Below are positions 1 to 8,780 of a stretch of 64,000 nucleotides of DNA, one piece after another (the stretch's first letter is position 1; every line of letters begins with the position of its first letter). Where the stretch lies: assembly GCA_017616655.1 (NCBI GenBank), contig JAFZXU010000058.1, positions 9,088 to 73,087 on the forward strand, given 5' to 3'. The notes under the pieces are model-generated. The model was not told the origin of the DNA, made no database searches, and was given only the letters and a program-made list of their open reading frames with translations. The position numbers and the translations under genes were made by a program. The DNA comes from Bacteroidales bacterium. Its GTDB lineage: Bacteria > Bacteroidota > Bacteroidia > Bacteroidales > UBA932.

Positions 1-145
1 TTCGTGGGCCCCTCCCTCTTATGTTGCCGAGGGTGGCACAGGTTTCCATAGGTACATCGACTCGCCTCACCGCTCCGAAGATAACTCTTAATTCATCGCT
101 ATCGAGACGGGCCTGATTGGCGATGGTGCGCAAGCTATTGGCCAT
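1..145 (-). CDS. partial hypothetical ORF running off the left window edge
   Basis: ATG at 145..143 opens a frame (MANSLRTIANQARLDSDELRVIFGAVRRVDVPMETCATLGNIRGRGPR...) with no stop before position 1. It is too short in-window to appear in the ORF track. It lies on the 3' side of tRNA-Lys. No family recognised. Confidence 0.25.
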   Translation of the reverse strand, partial: MANSLRTIANQARLDSDELRVIFGAVRRVDVPMETCATLGNIRGRGPR

Positions 146-232
146 CAATGATTTACTTACATTTGGGTGCTGAAAATTCGACACCCAAATATAACGAACT
201 AGCTGATTATTAAGCACTTGCGCTCCACCCAT

Positions 233-260
233 AAAAAAGGGTCGCACGAGAGTGCGACCC
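233..260 (-). terminator. intrinsic terminator downstream of tRNA-Lys
   Basis: Perfect 9-bp stem gggtcgcac (239..247) / gtgcgaccc (252..260) with loop gaga. On the minus strand it is followed by TTTTTT (233..238). Confidence 0.7.
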
Positions 261-262
261 TG

Positions 263-335
263 TGACCCGCTTGGGGCTCGAACCCAAGACCCCAGCATTA
301 AAAGTGCTGTGCTCTACCTACTGAGCTAGCGAGTC
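263..335 (-). tRNA. tRNA-Lys (anticodon UUU)
   Basis: The reverse complement folds as a cloverleaf. Acceptor GACTCGC/GCGGGTC (one G.U), D arm GCTC..GAGC, anticodon stem CAGCA/TGCTG with loop CTTTTAA, T arm TTGGG-TTCGAGC-CCCAA. CCA is not encoded. Confidence 0.9.
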
Positions 336-353
336 TCCGTTAAAAATGGAGTG

Positions 354-361
354 CAAAAGTA
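354..361 (-). promoter_or_regulatory. candidate Bacteroidota -7 box (TACTTTTG) for tRNA-Lys
   Basis: Plus-strand caaaagta is TAnnTTTG on the minus strand, 18 nt upstream of the mature tRNA 5' end. Confidence 0.35.
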
Positions 362-412
362 TGCATTATAGCCGAATAATCCAACTTTTTTTGTTTCAGC
401 GGCTCTCCGCCC

Positions 413-1672
413 CTATTCCACCTCTTCGATATCGTCGCAGAAGATGCTCTCCTCCGATACGCCGGACGAATGGAGCATCTCCTTCGTCGCCTTCACCATC
501 GCGGGCGGACCGCAGAGGAAATAGAGACAGGAGGCGGGAGCCTCGTGCTGCGATATAAACTCCTCCTGAAGCGCCTGGTGGACATACCCCTGTGCGAAAT
601 CCACCCCGTTCATAATCGCCGCCATATCAGGAACATCCAGGACGAGACGGAAGGTAAAATTGGGGAACTTCCGGGCAAGCGCAGCGAAATCGTCGGCATA
701 AAGCGCCTCCCCATAGCTGCGGGCGCCATAGTAGAAGGTAATCTTCCGGGCAGATCCCTGGCTTTTCAACAGAGTGAAGATATGGCTGCGCATCAGCGAG
801 ATGCCCGCTCCGCCGCCCACATAAACGAACTCCTGCGACTCCGGCGCATTCTCCGGAAGCAGCACCTCTCCGTAAGGACCGGCAATCTTGACCTTGTCGC
901 CGGTGCGCAGCGAGAAGAGATAGGAAGAACATATACCGGGATGGCTCCATCCCTTGGGAGGAAGGGCTATCTTGACCAGCAGCTTGAGGGTATTTGCGCC
1001 GGGGACCACCTGCTCTCCGGGATAGGAGAATACCGTATATGCCCTCGAGGTCTCCTCGCGGCAGACCATCTGCAGGGAATAGAGATTCTCCTCCTTCCAG
1101 TCCCACTTATACTGCTTGTCTATGTCGATGTCGGCGAAATTTACCGTCCCCACGGGGGCGTAAACCAGCACATATTCACCAGAATGATAATTGAAATACT
1201 CCCCTTCCGGAATCTTGATGCAGATCTCCTTGAAATACTTGGAGACGCTCTTGTTGTAAACCACCTCGCAGGTGAGCATCTTGGCGCTGAGCACTGCCTC
1301 GGGCACAATTATGCTCATATCTCCGGTCACCTTCACCTGGCAGGCCAACCTCCACTTGTCGGCAATCTGCCTGGGAGTGAAGAATCCCCTTTCAGTGGGA
1401 AGGATATCCCCTCCTCCCTCGACTATGCGGCAGCTGCACTGACCGCAGTTGCCCTTGCCACCGCAGGCAGAAGGAAGGAAGACCTGCTCCTGCACGAGGG
1501 TCGCGGAAAGGGTGTCGCCCTGCTCCACCTCGACGGTCCGGTAGCCACCGTTTATCCTGATGGAAACCTTTCCCGAAGGGGTCACCGAAGTCTTGACGAA
1601 GAGCAGCATCACAACCAGGAGCAGCATCAGCGTCAGGAAGACGGCGAGGGCGAGTATGACGGTCAGGTTCAT
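413..1672 (-). CDS. nqrF: Na+-translocating NADH:quinone reductase subunit F
   Basis: N-terminal TM helix, 2Fe-2S motif CGGKGNCGQCSC, FAD motif RAYTVFS, NAD motif GGGAGISLMRSH. Last gene of the nqrABCDEF order. Confidence 0.95.
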   Translation of the reverse strand: MNLTVILALAVFLTLMLLLVVMLLFVKTSVTPSGKVSIRINGGYRTVEVEQGDTLSATLVQEQVFLPSACGGKGNCGQCSCRIVEGGGDILPTERGFFTPRQIADKWRLACQVKVTGDMSIIVPEAVLSAKMLTCEVVYNKSVSKYFKEICIKIPEGEYFNYHSGEYVLVYAPVGTVNFADIDIDKQYKWDWKEENLYSLQMVCREETSRAYTVFSYPGEQVVPGANTLKLLVKIALPPKGWSHPGICSSYLFSLRTGDKVKIAGPYGEVLLPENAPESQEFVYVGGGAGISLMRSHIFTLLKSQGSARKITFYYGARSYGEALYADDFAALARKFPNFTFRLVLDVPDMAAIMNGVDFAQGYVHQALQEEFISQHEAPASCLYFLCGPPAMVKATKEMLHSSGVSEESIFCDDIEEVE

Positions 1673-1677
1673 TCCAA

Positions 1678-2292
1678 TCAGAATCTAATGCCCATAAAAC
1701 CCATGAATGCGAGTCCCATCAGGCCCACCACGAGGAAGGTGATACCCATCCCCTGCAGTCCGCGCGGAATGTCGCTGTAACGCAGCCTTTCGCGGATAGC
1801 GGCAAGGGAAACAATCGCCAGGAACCAGCCGAGGCCGCTTCCGGCGGCATAGGCAAGCACCTGTCCGAGACCGGTATAGGCCCTCTCCTGCATGAATAGC
1901 GAGGCACCGAGGATGGCGCAGTTCACCGCAATCAGGGGCAGGAAGATGCCGAGTGACAGATGCAGGGAGGGCATATACTTTTCCACTACCATCTCCACCA
2001 CCTGGGTCATCGCGGCGATGACTGCGATAAAGACTATGAAGGTGAGGAAACTCAGGTCCACCTCCGCGAAGGCGGGACTTATCCACTTGAGCGCGCCCGG
2101 GGCAAGCAGGTAGCGGCCGATCGCCCAGTTGAGGGGGATTGTGACCAGCAGCATTATGATTACCGCGAAGCCGAGCCCGCGCGCCGTCTGCATATTCTTG
2201 GAAACGGCTATGAACGAGCACATTCCAAGGAAAAAGGCAAGCGCCAGGTTCTCCACGAAAAGGGACTTGAAGAATATATTCAACAATTCCAT
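1678..2292 (-). CDS. nqrE: Na+-translocating NADH:quinone reductase subunit E
   Basis: Polytopic 204-aa protein. N-terminus MELLNIFFKSLFVENLALAFFLGMCSF is typical of NqrE/RnfA. Position between nqrD and nqrF. Confidence 0.93.
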   Translation of the reverse strand: MELLNIFFKSLFVENLALAFFLGMCSFIAVSKNMQTARGLGFAVIIMLLVTIPLNWAIGRYLLAPGALKWISPAFAEVDLSFLTFIVFIAVIAAMTQVVEMVVEKYMPSLHLSLGIFLPLIAVNCAILGASLFMQERAYTGLGQVLAYAAGSGLGWFLAIVSLAAIRERLRYSDIPRGLQGMGITFLVVGLMGLAFMGFMGIRF

Positions 2293-2295
2293 AGC

Positions 2296-2919
2296 CTACT
2301 CCTGTATATCTTTGTCGAGAGTCCTCTGCAGCCAGACGATGTATCCAATGATGATAAGCGCCATCGGAGGCAGGATGAAGAGGCCGTTGTTCTCATAAAA
2401 TCCGCCGGCGGCATAATACCACCCCTGCGGGACAATCTGCAACCCGAAAATCGAGCCGAATCCGAAGAATTCGCGGAAGAATGCCACAACCAGTAGCACC
2501 AGTGCGTAGCCCAGTCCGTTGAGGAAGCCGTCGGCAAGCGCCTCCACCGGCTTGTGCGAAAGGGCGCAGGACTCAAGGCGGCCCATGATGATGCAGTTGG
2601 TGATGATGAGGCCCACATAGACCGAAAGGTTTCTGCTTTCGGGATAGGCATAAGCCTTCATCAGCTGGTCGGCCAGGATCACGAAGAAGGAGACCACCAG
2701 CAGCTCCACGATTATCCTGATACGGGCCGGTATTGTCTTGCGTATCGAAGAGACGACAAGGTTGGAAAGGGCCGAAACCAGCGTCACGGCAATGCCCATA
2801 ACCAGCGCCTCCTTCATATGCACGGTGACGGCCAGCACGGAGCAGATGCCCAGCACCAGGACGGTCACCGGATTGGAGCCCAGAAGGGATTTGCGTATGG
2901 TATCCTTATAATTGGCCAT
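2296..2919 (-). CDS. nqrD: Na+-translocating NADH:quinone reductase subunit D
   Basis: NqrD/RnfE-like membrane protein (NPVTVLVLGICSVLAV...). I chose the ATG at 2919 (MANYKD...) over the track start 2970 to limit overlap with nqrC. Confidence 0.9.
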   Translation of the reverse strand: MANYKDTIRKSLLGSNPVTVLVLGICSVLAVTVHMKEALVMGIAVTLVSALSNLVVSSIRKTIPARIRIIVELLVVSFFVILADQLMKAYAYPESRNLSVYVGLIITNCIIMGRLESCALSHKPVEALADGFLNGLGYALVLLVVAFFREFFGFGSIFGLQIVPQGWYYAAGGFYENNGLFILPPMALIIIGYIVWLQRTLDKDIQE

Positions 2920-3481
2920 CTTTCTCAAAATCAAAGACAAAGCGCCCCGTGGAATCGAAGCAGGGGACATATTTTTCCACGCACTGAAGTATCATCTTTT
3001 CTACTCCACGAGCGGTCATAGTGGCTCCGCTGAGGGCGTCGATGCCGGATCCGGCCAGCGAAGAGTCGAAGGCCCTTCCGCCGAACAGAGAGCCGAATGC
3101 CTTGTCACCGATACGGCCGCCGAGGCCGGGAGTCTCCGACTTGTGGGAGAAACTTGCGCCCCGTACCAGGCAGGTGTCGGGTTCAAGCGCGACATAGCCC
3201 CAAATCAGTCCCCAGAGGCCGTCTCCGGCACAGGGAAGCACATAAACAGTATCTTCTCCCTCGACCGTACGGAAGACCTTGAGTCCATCCCGTTCCAGAC
3301 TGTCCACGGAGGCTTCGGCCATTCCCGCCGCGCTCCGGATGGAGGCGATCTTGTCAGCCTCTTCGTTGGCCTTACGGCGCGGAGCTAGCGAGGTGGAGAC
3401 CCACGCCAGCACTCCCGCCACGAAAGCGGCGAGAATCAGCGCATATAGCAGCGTATAGAGGTTTCCGTTTTTGTTCATCAT
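2906..3481 (-). CDS. nqrC: Na+-translocating NADH:quinone reductase subunit C
   Basis: Only the C-terminal 191 aa of the 331-aa track ORF looks real (MMNKNGNLYTLLYALILAAF... TM anchor). Covalent-FMN motif LSGATMTARG. The ATG at 3481 overlaps the nqrB stop (ATGATGA). Confidence 0.88.
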   Translation of the reverse strand: MMNKNGNLYTLLYALILAAFVAGVLAWVSTSLAPRRKANEEADKIASIRSAAGMAEASVDSLERDGLKVFRTVEGEDTVYVLPCAGDGLWGLIWGYVALEPDTCLVRGASFSHKSETPGLGGRIGDKAFGSLFGGRAFDSSLAGSGIDALSGATMTARGVEKMILQCVEKYVPCFDSTGRFVFDFEKDGQL

Positions 3482-4566
3482 ACGGTCTTGCTGCGCGCCA
3501 GGCGGCGGTTTATGTTCGACGCCACGACACAGTGGTCGATGAGCGGCGCGAAGGTGTTCATAAGCAGTATGGCTATCATCATTCCCTCGGGATAGGCGGG
3601 GCTGAATAGCCTGATCATTATCGCTATGGCTCCTACGAGGAACCCGCATATCCATTTTCCGGTATTGGTCTGCGCTCCGGTCACAGGGTCGGTAACCATG
3701 AAGACGGCGCCGAATGCGAATCCGCCCATCAGAAGATGATACCAGGCGGGAACAGCAAGGGCCGATTCGGGCGAAGGAGCGGCGAGATTGGCTATCAGTC
3801 CGACCGTCAGGGCGCCAAGCACGCAGGAGAACATGGCGCGGTAGTTTGCAGCTCCCGTGACAAGCAGGATAAAGGCGCCGAGGAGTATCGCAAATGTGCA
3901 CCCCTCACCCACCGAGCCGGGAATGTTGCCCCAGAAGAGGTCGGAAACGGAGTAGCGCAGCGTCTCGAGGCCGCCGTCCAGCTGCATCAGCGGAGTGGCG
4001 CCGGAGACGGCGTCGGCCGCACCCGGAACCCATACGTTTCCGGTCATATGCGAGGGATAGCCGAAGAAGAGGAAGGCCCGCGCCAGAAGGGCGGGATTCC
4101 AGATATTCATTCCGGTGCCGCCGAAGGCCTCCTTGCCGATAATTACGGCAAAGGCGACGGCCAGGGCCAGCATCCAAAGGGGTGTAGTTATGGGGATGAT
4201 CAGCGGGATTATCATTCCGGTAACAAGGAAGCCCTCGCTTACCTCCTTTCCGCGGATCTGGGCGAATGCGAACTCTAATCCAAGCCCCACTATGAAGGTG
4301 ACGAGGTAGAGCGACAGCACCTTGAAGAAGCCGTAATGTATGCAGGCCGCCACGAAACAGGGCAGCAGCGCAAACACCACGGTGATCATCAGCCTCTTGA
4401 GATCGAGGCAGTCACGGATGTGGGAGCCCTTGCAGGTGAGGGTTCCGGGCACCGAGAAGAAGGTGTCGAAGGCCTCGTAGGTGGAGTGGAGCCACTGATA
4501 TTTGCCGCCCTTCTCGAAGTGTGGACGGATATTGTCCATAAACCTTCTGATGCCGCCTCCTTTCAT
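3478..4566 (-). CDS. nqrB: Na+-translocating NADH:quinone reductase subunit B
   Basis: MKGGGIRRFMDNIRPHFEKGGKYQWLHSTYEAFDTFF N-terminus, polytopic, FMN-attachment motif SGATPL. Confidence 0.95.
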   Translation of the reverse strand: MKGGGIRRFMDNIRPHFEKGGKYQWLHSTYEAFDTFFSVPGTLTCKGSHIRDCLDLKRLMITVVFALLPCFVAACIHYGFFKVLSLYLVTFIVGLGLEFAFAQIRGKEVSEGFLVTGMIIPLIIPITTPLWMLALAVAFAVIIGKEAFGGTGMNIWNPALLARAFLFFGYPSHMTGNVWVPGAADAVSGATPLMQLDGGLETLRYSVSDLFWGNIPGSVGEGCTFAILLGAFILLVTGAANYRAMFSCVLGALTVGLIANLAAPSPESALAVPAWYHLLMGGFAFGAVFMVTDPVTGAQTNTGKWICGFLVGAIAIMIRLFSPAYPEGMMIAILLMNTFAPLIDHCVVASNINRRLARSKTV

Positions 4567-4567
4567 A

Positions 4568-5923
4568 TCACTCCTCCTCCATCATAAGGTCTATGCCCTT
4601 TGAAACTATCTCCTGTATCTCTATCTTGGAGGGGCAGACATATTCGCACAGGGCGACATCCTCCTCCACCACCTCGTAGATTCCGAGCTGCTCCATCTTC
4701 TCCCTGTCTCCGGCCAGGATGGCTTTGAAAAGCTCCACCGGATAGATGTCCATCGGGAAGACCTTTCCGTAGATATCGTTCATCACGAAGGCGCGGACAC
4801 TGCCGTTGACAAGGGTGTCCATCTCGAACTTGTGGGGCCCGAGGAGATGCGCCGGATAGAGATGTGAGAAACTGAACTTATTGAAACGCAGAGGCTTGAT
4901 CCATCCGAACGACTCCCTGCCCTCGCCTTCCTGAAGGATTGTGATCATATCGTCGTAGAAGCGCAGGAAGCCTTCTCGTCCGACGTTCGAACCGGTGAGG
5001 ACATCCCCGCTGATGATGCGCAGGGTTCCCTGCCAGTGGTCGAAGTGGTCCTCGATGTCGGAGAGGCACATGCCGGGTGCGCACTCCACATAGGAGGGGT
5101 TGAGGGCCGCCGGACCGGTCATTGCCACCAGGCGGCGCATGTCGTAGTATCCGTTGGTAAAGAATCGGCCGATGGCGGCAACATGCTGGAGGTTCACGGT
5201 CCAGATAACCTCCCCCTTGTTGATGGGACTGATTCGGTTTATCTGCACCCCGACGTTTCCGGCGGGATGAGGGCCGTAAACGGAGTGCTGAATCACTCCC
5301 TTCAGCTTGTGGAAATCGGTCCCCGCGAAGTTGCGCACCGGCAGGCAGAGGTGGATTCCGCCGCGGGTGAGCCTGCCCAGCACGTCGATTCCGGTCTGCA
5401 GGTCGTCCAGCTGCCCTGCAAGCGCGAAATCATAGTCCGGTGCCAGGGGGACGGATGAGAAGGCCGAAACGAAGATGGAATTGGGCATCCTCTCGGGATC
5501 GGCGATGATGCCGAAGGGGCGCTGCCGGATGCATGGCCAGAGGCCGCCCTTAAGCAGCAGGTCCACTATCGCGGAGCGGTCCATCGCGGAGGGCTTGCGG
5601 ACCTCGAAAGATACGTGCTCCTTCGAGGCGTCGGAAACTATGCGGACCTCCTCCACGGAGCCGTCCTCCTTTCGGGTGACGGATGTCACCTCTCCGCAGG
5701 CGGGAGAGCAGAAGATCACGCGAGGCCGGCGGATGTCGGAAAAGAGGGGCTGTCCGGTGATGACCCTGTCCCCTTCCGCCACCTCCGCCTTTGCCTTCAG
5801 GCCGCGGAAATCAGAAGTCCGGAAGGCCATTGTCCCCGTGGTGACGCGCTTGGCTACATAGAGCTGCGCCTCGCCCGTCAGGGGGATGTCAAGTCCCTTC
5901 TTTATCCTTATGTGTTCCGACAT
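4568..5923 (-). CDS. nqrA: Na+-translocating NADH:quinone reductase subunit A
   Basis: The real start is the ATG at 5923 (MSEHIRIKKGLDIPLTGEAQ...), giving 451 aa. The upstream 130 aa of the track ORF is antisense to the helicase gene start and its upstream region. Confidence 0.92.
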   Translation of the reverse strand: MSEHIRIKKGLDIPLTGEAQLYVAKRVTTGTMAFRTSDFRGLKAKAEVAEGDRVITGQPLFSDIRRPRVIFCSPACGEVTSVTRKEDGSVEEVRIVSDASKEHVSFEVRKPSAMDRSAIVDLLLKGGLWPCIRQRPFGIIADPERMPNSIFVSAFSSVPLAPDYDFALAGQLDDLQTGIDVLGRLTRGGIHLCLPVRNFAGTDFHKLKGVIQHSVYGPHPAGNVGVQINRISPINKGEVIWTVNLQHVAAIGRFFTNGYYDMRRLVAMTGPAALNPSYVECAPGMCLSDIEDHFDHWQGTLRIISGDVLTGSNVGREGFLRFYDDMITILQEGEGRESFGWIKPLRFNKFSFSHLYPAHLLGPHKFEMDTLVNGSVRAFVMNDIYGKVFPMDIYPVELFKAILAGDREKMEQLGIYEVVEEDVALCEYVCPSKIEIQEIVSKGIDLMMEEE

Positions 5924-5930
5924 TTTACTC

Positions 5931-5961
5931 TTTGAAAGTAGATGCAAATATACTACTTTTG
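5931..5961 (+). promoter_or_regulatory. candidate sigma-ABfr-type promoter of the helicase gene (-33 TTTG / -7 TACTTTTG)
   Basis: TTTG at 5931..5934, a 19-nt spacer, then TACTTTTG at 5954..5961. The ATG follows only 8 nt later. A minus-strand TATATTTG (5945..5952) for nqrA lies 1 nt away. Confidence 0.45.
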
Positions 5962-5969
5962 TACTATAT

Positions 5970-8345
5970 ATGGAGACGAAGAAGAGAGATATTTTGGAGG
6001 GATTGAATTCCGCCCAGGACGAAGCGGTCCGCAACATCGACGGCCCTTCCCTCATAGTGGCCGGGGCAGGCTCCGGCAAGACCAGGGTCCTCACCTGCAA
6101 GATAGCATATATGATTGAGAAGGGGGTGCGCCCCTCGCAGATTCTCGCGCTGACCTTCACAAAGAAGGCGGCGGGCGAGATGAAGGAGCGTATCGCGGCC
6201 CTGGTGGGCGACGGCCTCGCCAGATGGATCTGGATGGGAACTTTCCACTCCATTTTCATCCGGTTCCTGCGCGAGTATGCCGACAGGCTGGGATACCCCG
6301 CCCAGTTCACCATCTACGACCAGTCCGATTCCCGGGCGATGGTCAAAAAATGCATAGCCGAACTGCAGCTCGACGACAAGATATACAAGCCCAACGACAT
6401 CCAGAACCGCATCTCGCTGGCAAAGAACAACCTGCGCACTCCGGTCGGGTACCGCAACGACCCCGTCATAGCCGAGGAGGACCGCGCCTGCCGCAAACCC
6501 CGCACCGCCGACATCTACGATCTCTACCAGAGACGCTGCAAGGAGGCCGGGGCGATGGATTTCGACGACCTGCTCCTCAACACGAATATCCTCTTCAGGG
6601 ACCATCCGGACGCGCTTGAGAAGATCTCCGAAAGATTCACCCACATCCTCGTGGACGAGTATCAGGACACCAACTACGCGCAGTACCTGATTCTCTCGAA
6701 ACTGGCTAAGAAGCACCGCAACATCAGCGTGGTGGGTGACGACTCGCAGAGCATCTACAGCTTCCGCGGGGCGCGCATCGAGAACATACTCCGTTTCCAG
6801 AAGGATTATCCCGAGGCGAAGGTCTTCCGCCTGGAGCAGAACTACCGCTCCACCCAGAACATAGTCAACGCCGCCAACAGCCTGATTTCCAAGAATGAAC
6901 ACCGTCTCAAGAAGGAGTGTTTCTCAAAGGGTCCCGTCGGCGAGAAAGTCAAGGTCATAAAGGCCTTCACCGACCAGGAGGAGGCCTACCTTACGGCATC
7001 CTCCATCATCGAGCGCATCTACTCCGACAAAGCCGACTACAGCAGCTTCGCCATACTCTACCGCACCAACGCCCAGTCGAGGAGTTTCGAGGAGAGCCTG
7101 CGGCGCAAGAATCTCCCCTACCGCATCTACGGCGGCCACTCCTTTTTCGACCGCGAGGAGATCAAGGATATGCTGGCCTACTTCAAACTGGTGGTAAACC
7201 CTCAGGACGACATCTCCTTCAACCGCATCGTAAACCGCCCCGCAAGGGGATTGGGTGACACTTCGCTCGGCCATCTTGCAGAAGCGGCAAGGGCGGCGCA
7301 AGTACCTATGTTCGAAGCCATCAACCTGCCCGTGGCGAATCTGCTTGCCGCCGGACTCAAGGAGGGCGCAATCCGAAAACTCCGGGAGTTCTCCGCACTC
7401 CTCTCCCCCCTTATGGAGAAGAGCGGCACCACCGAGGCATTCACCCTGGCGGCCAACATCTCCAACGTATCGGGATATGTCGCCGCCCTCCGCGGAGACA
7501 CCTCCCCGGAGGGAATGAGCAGGCTTGAGAATGTGGAGGAGCTCTTCAACGGCATCAAGGAGTACGCCGAAGAGGAGGCCGAGATGCGCCGCGAGCTGGG
7601 CGACGACGCCGAAGGTGAGGGAATGGAGATCGTCACCCTCGGAGACTACCTGGAAAACATCTACCTTCTGTCGGAGGCTGAAAAAGACGACCTTACAGAC
7701 GAATCGGATTCCACTAACCGCATCACCCTCATGACCGTGCACGCTGCCAAGGGACTCGAGTTCCCTTATGTCTATGTCACCGGAATGGAGGAAAACCTCT
7801 TCCCCACTCTCGGACTCGCTTCATCTGCGACCGAAATCGAGGAGGAACGGCGCCTCTTCTATGTGGCCCTGACCCGCGCGCAGAAGGTGGTCACCGTCTC
7901 CTTCGCCCGCTCCCGCAAGAAGTGGGGCAGGGATGAAAGCAACCCGGTAAGCCGTTTCGTGAGGGAGATCGATCCCAGATATCTCGACAAGCCCATCGAC
8001 GACGAATCGCCCGTCGGAGGCCGCAGCAGCGCCTACAGCGAAAGGGACTTCCGGACGGACCGCAATACAGGAGGCTACTTCGAAAGAGCCAAGGCCGCCG
8101 TCAGGCCGCAACCTGCCAAACCGACCTTTTCAAAACCCCTCAACAACGCCCCCAGGGCCGATTTCAAGCCCGATCCGATTTCCGAACTGGAGGCGGGCCA
8201 GAGGGTGGAGCACGACCGCTTCGGATTCGGTACCATCCTGCACTTCGAGGACGACGGGCCGAACAAAAAGGCCGTGGTCCAGTTCGATGAAGGAGGAAAG
8301 AAGACTTTACTGCTTAAATTCGCAAAACTCCGTATCGACAGATAG
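5970..8345 (+). CDS. UvrD/Rep/PcrA-family ATP-dependent DNA helicase
   Basis: Walker A AGAGSGKTRVL, motif II DEYQDTN, motif III VGDDSQSIYSFRGA, QNYRST, TVHAAKGLEF, VALTRA. C-terminal Tudor-like tail (GQRVEHDRFGFGTI...). Start moved to the ATG at 5970 (METKKRD...). Confidence 0.92.
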   Translation: METKKRDILEGLNSAQDEAVRNIDGPSLIVAGAGSGKTRVLTCKIAYMIEKGVRPSQILALTFTKKAAGEMKERIAALVGDGLARWIWMGTFHSIFIRFLREYADRLGYPAQFTIYDQSDSRAMVKKCIAELQLDDKIYKPNDIQNRISLAKNNLRTPVGYRNDPVIAEEDRACRKPRTADIYDLYQRRCKEAGAMDFDDLLLNTNILFRDHPDALEKISERFTHILVDEYQDTNYAQYLILSKLAKKHRNISVVGDDSQSIYSFRGARIENILRFQKDYPEAKVFRLEQNYRSTQNIVNAANSLISKNEHRLKKECFSKGPVGEKVKVIKAFTDQEEAYLTASSIIERIYSDKADYSSFAILYRTNAQSRSFEESLRRKNLPYRIYGGHSFFDREEIKDMLAYFKLVVNPQDDISFNRIVNRPARGLGDTSLGHLAEAARAAQVPMFEAINLPVANLLAAGLKEGAIRKLREFSALLSPLMEKSGTTEAFTLAANISNVSGYVAALRGDTSPEGMSRLENVEELFNGIKEYAEEEAEMRRELGDDAEGEGMEIVTLGDYLENIYLLSEAEKDDLTDESDSTNRITLMTVHAAKGLEFPYVYVTGMEENLFPTLGLASSATEIEEERRLFYVALTRAQKVVTVSFARSRKKWGRDESNPVSRFVREIDPRYLDKPIDDESPVGGRSSAYSERDFRTDRNTGGYFERAKAAVRPQPAKPTFSKPLNNAPRADFKPDPISELEAGQRVEHDRFGFGTILHFEDDGPNKKAVVQFDEGGKKTLLLKFAKLRIDR

Positions 8346-8426
8346 CGTCGCCTCAGACTTGGCACGCATCTTGCATAAACTCAACCGAAGTTTTTCATAG
8401 TTTAAGTTTAAGTTTAGGTTAGAAGC

Positions 8427-8470
8427 GGGGGACTTGAGATGCCGACAGCGCTCAGGTCCCCCTTTCTATT
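8427..8470 (+). terminator. hairpin terminator candidate after the helicase gene
   Basis: 12-bp stem gggggacttgag (8427..8438) / ctcaggtccccc (8451..8462) with one G.U, followed by tttctatt. The T tract is weak. Confidence 0.45.
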
Positions 8471-8473
8471 GCT

Positions 8474-8779
8474 CTAATCTCCGAAAAGGAGACGGGCCTT
8501 GGCAACCACGCCGTCGGCCTCCTCGAGCAGGCTGTAGAGGCCGTCCTCGGAGAGGACTCCGCGTTTCAGGCTCTCCGGGAATGCTCCCGCCTCGTCGGCT
8601 TCGAAATCCTTTTTCCATTGACCGGATTCCATGTAAGCCTTGAGTACTTCTATATCCTCCCTGTACTCCTCATATCCGTTTACGGCGGTTCCGAGCAGCG
8701 CGATGCCGCTATAAACGATGTCGAAGCGCTGCTCCATGTCCTTGACGCGCAGGACCGCTTCCGGAAGCTTCTTTCTCAT
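8474..8779 (-). CDS. DUF4298-like small protein
   Basis: 101 aa. The core ...YMESGQWKKDFEADEAGAFPESLKRGVLSEDGLYSLL... matches my memory of DUF4298. Function unknown. Confidence 0.55.
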   Translation of the reverse strand: MRKKLPEAVLRVKDMEQRFDIVYSGIALLGTAVNGYEEYREDIEVLKAYMESGQWKKDFEADEAGAFPESLKRGVLSEDGLYSLLEEADGVVAKARLLFGD

Positions 8780-8780
8780 C

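Noticed and set aside
470-1780. 436-aa plus-strand ORF, plus many similar long ORFs: 5964..6902, 12498..13718, 19140..20303, 20206..21276, 29923..30837, 38625..39629, 47423..48436, 48452..49420, 49648..51081, 55898..57382, 59520..60623, 60452..61891 and 61644..62735.
   Set aside because: All are antisense shadows of genes with unmistakable conserved motifs on the other strand. Their translations are R/G/H/D/V-rich and low in complexity, as expected for stop-poor frames in GC-rich DNA. No family motifs were seen.
8399-8422. Short hexamer repeat agtttaagtttaagtttaggttag in the helicase 3' intergenic region.
   Set aside because: There are only about 3.5 units of 6 nt with no spacers, so it is not a CRISPR array or a recognisable regulatory iteron set. 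It is probably slippage-prone AT-rich filler.
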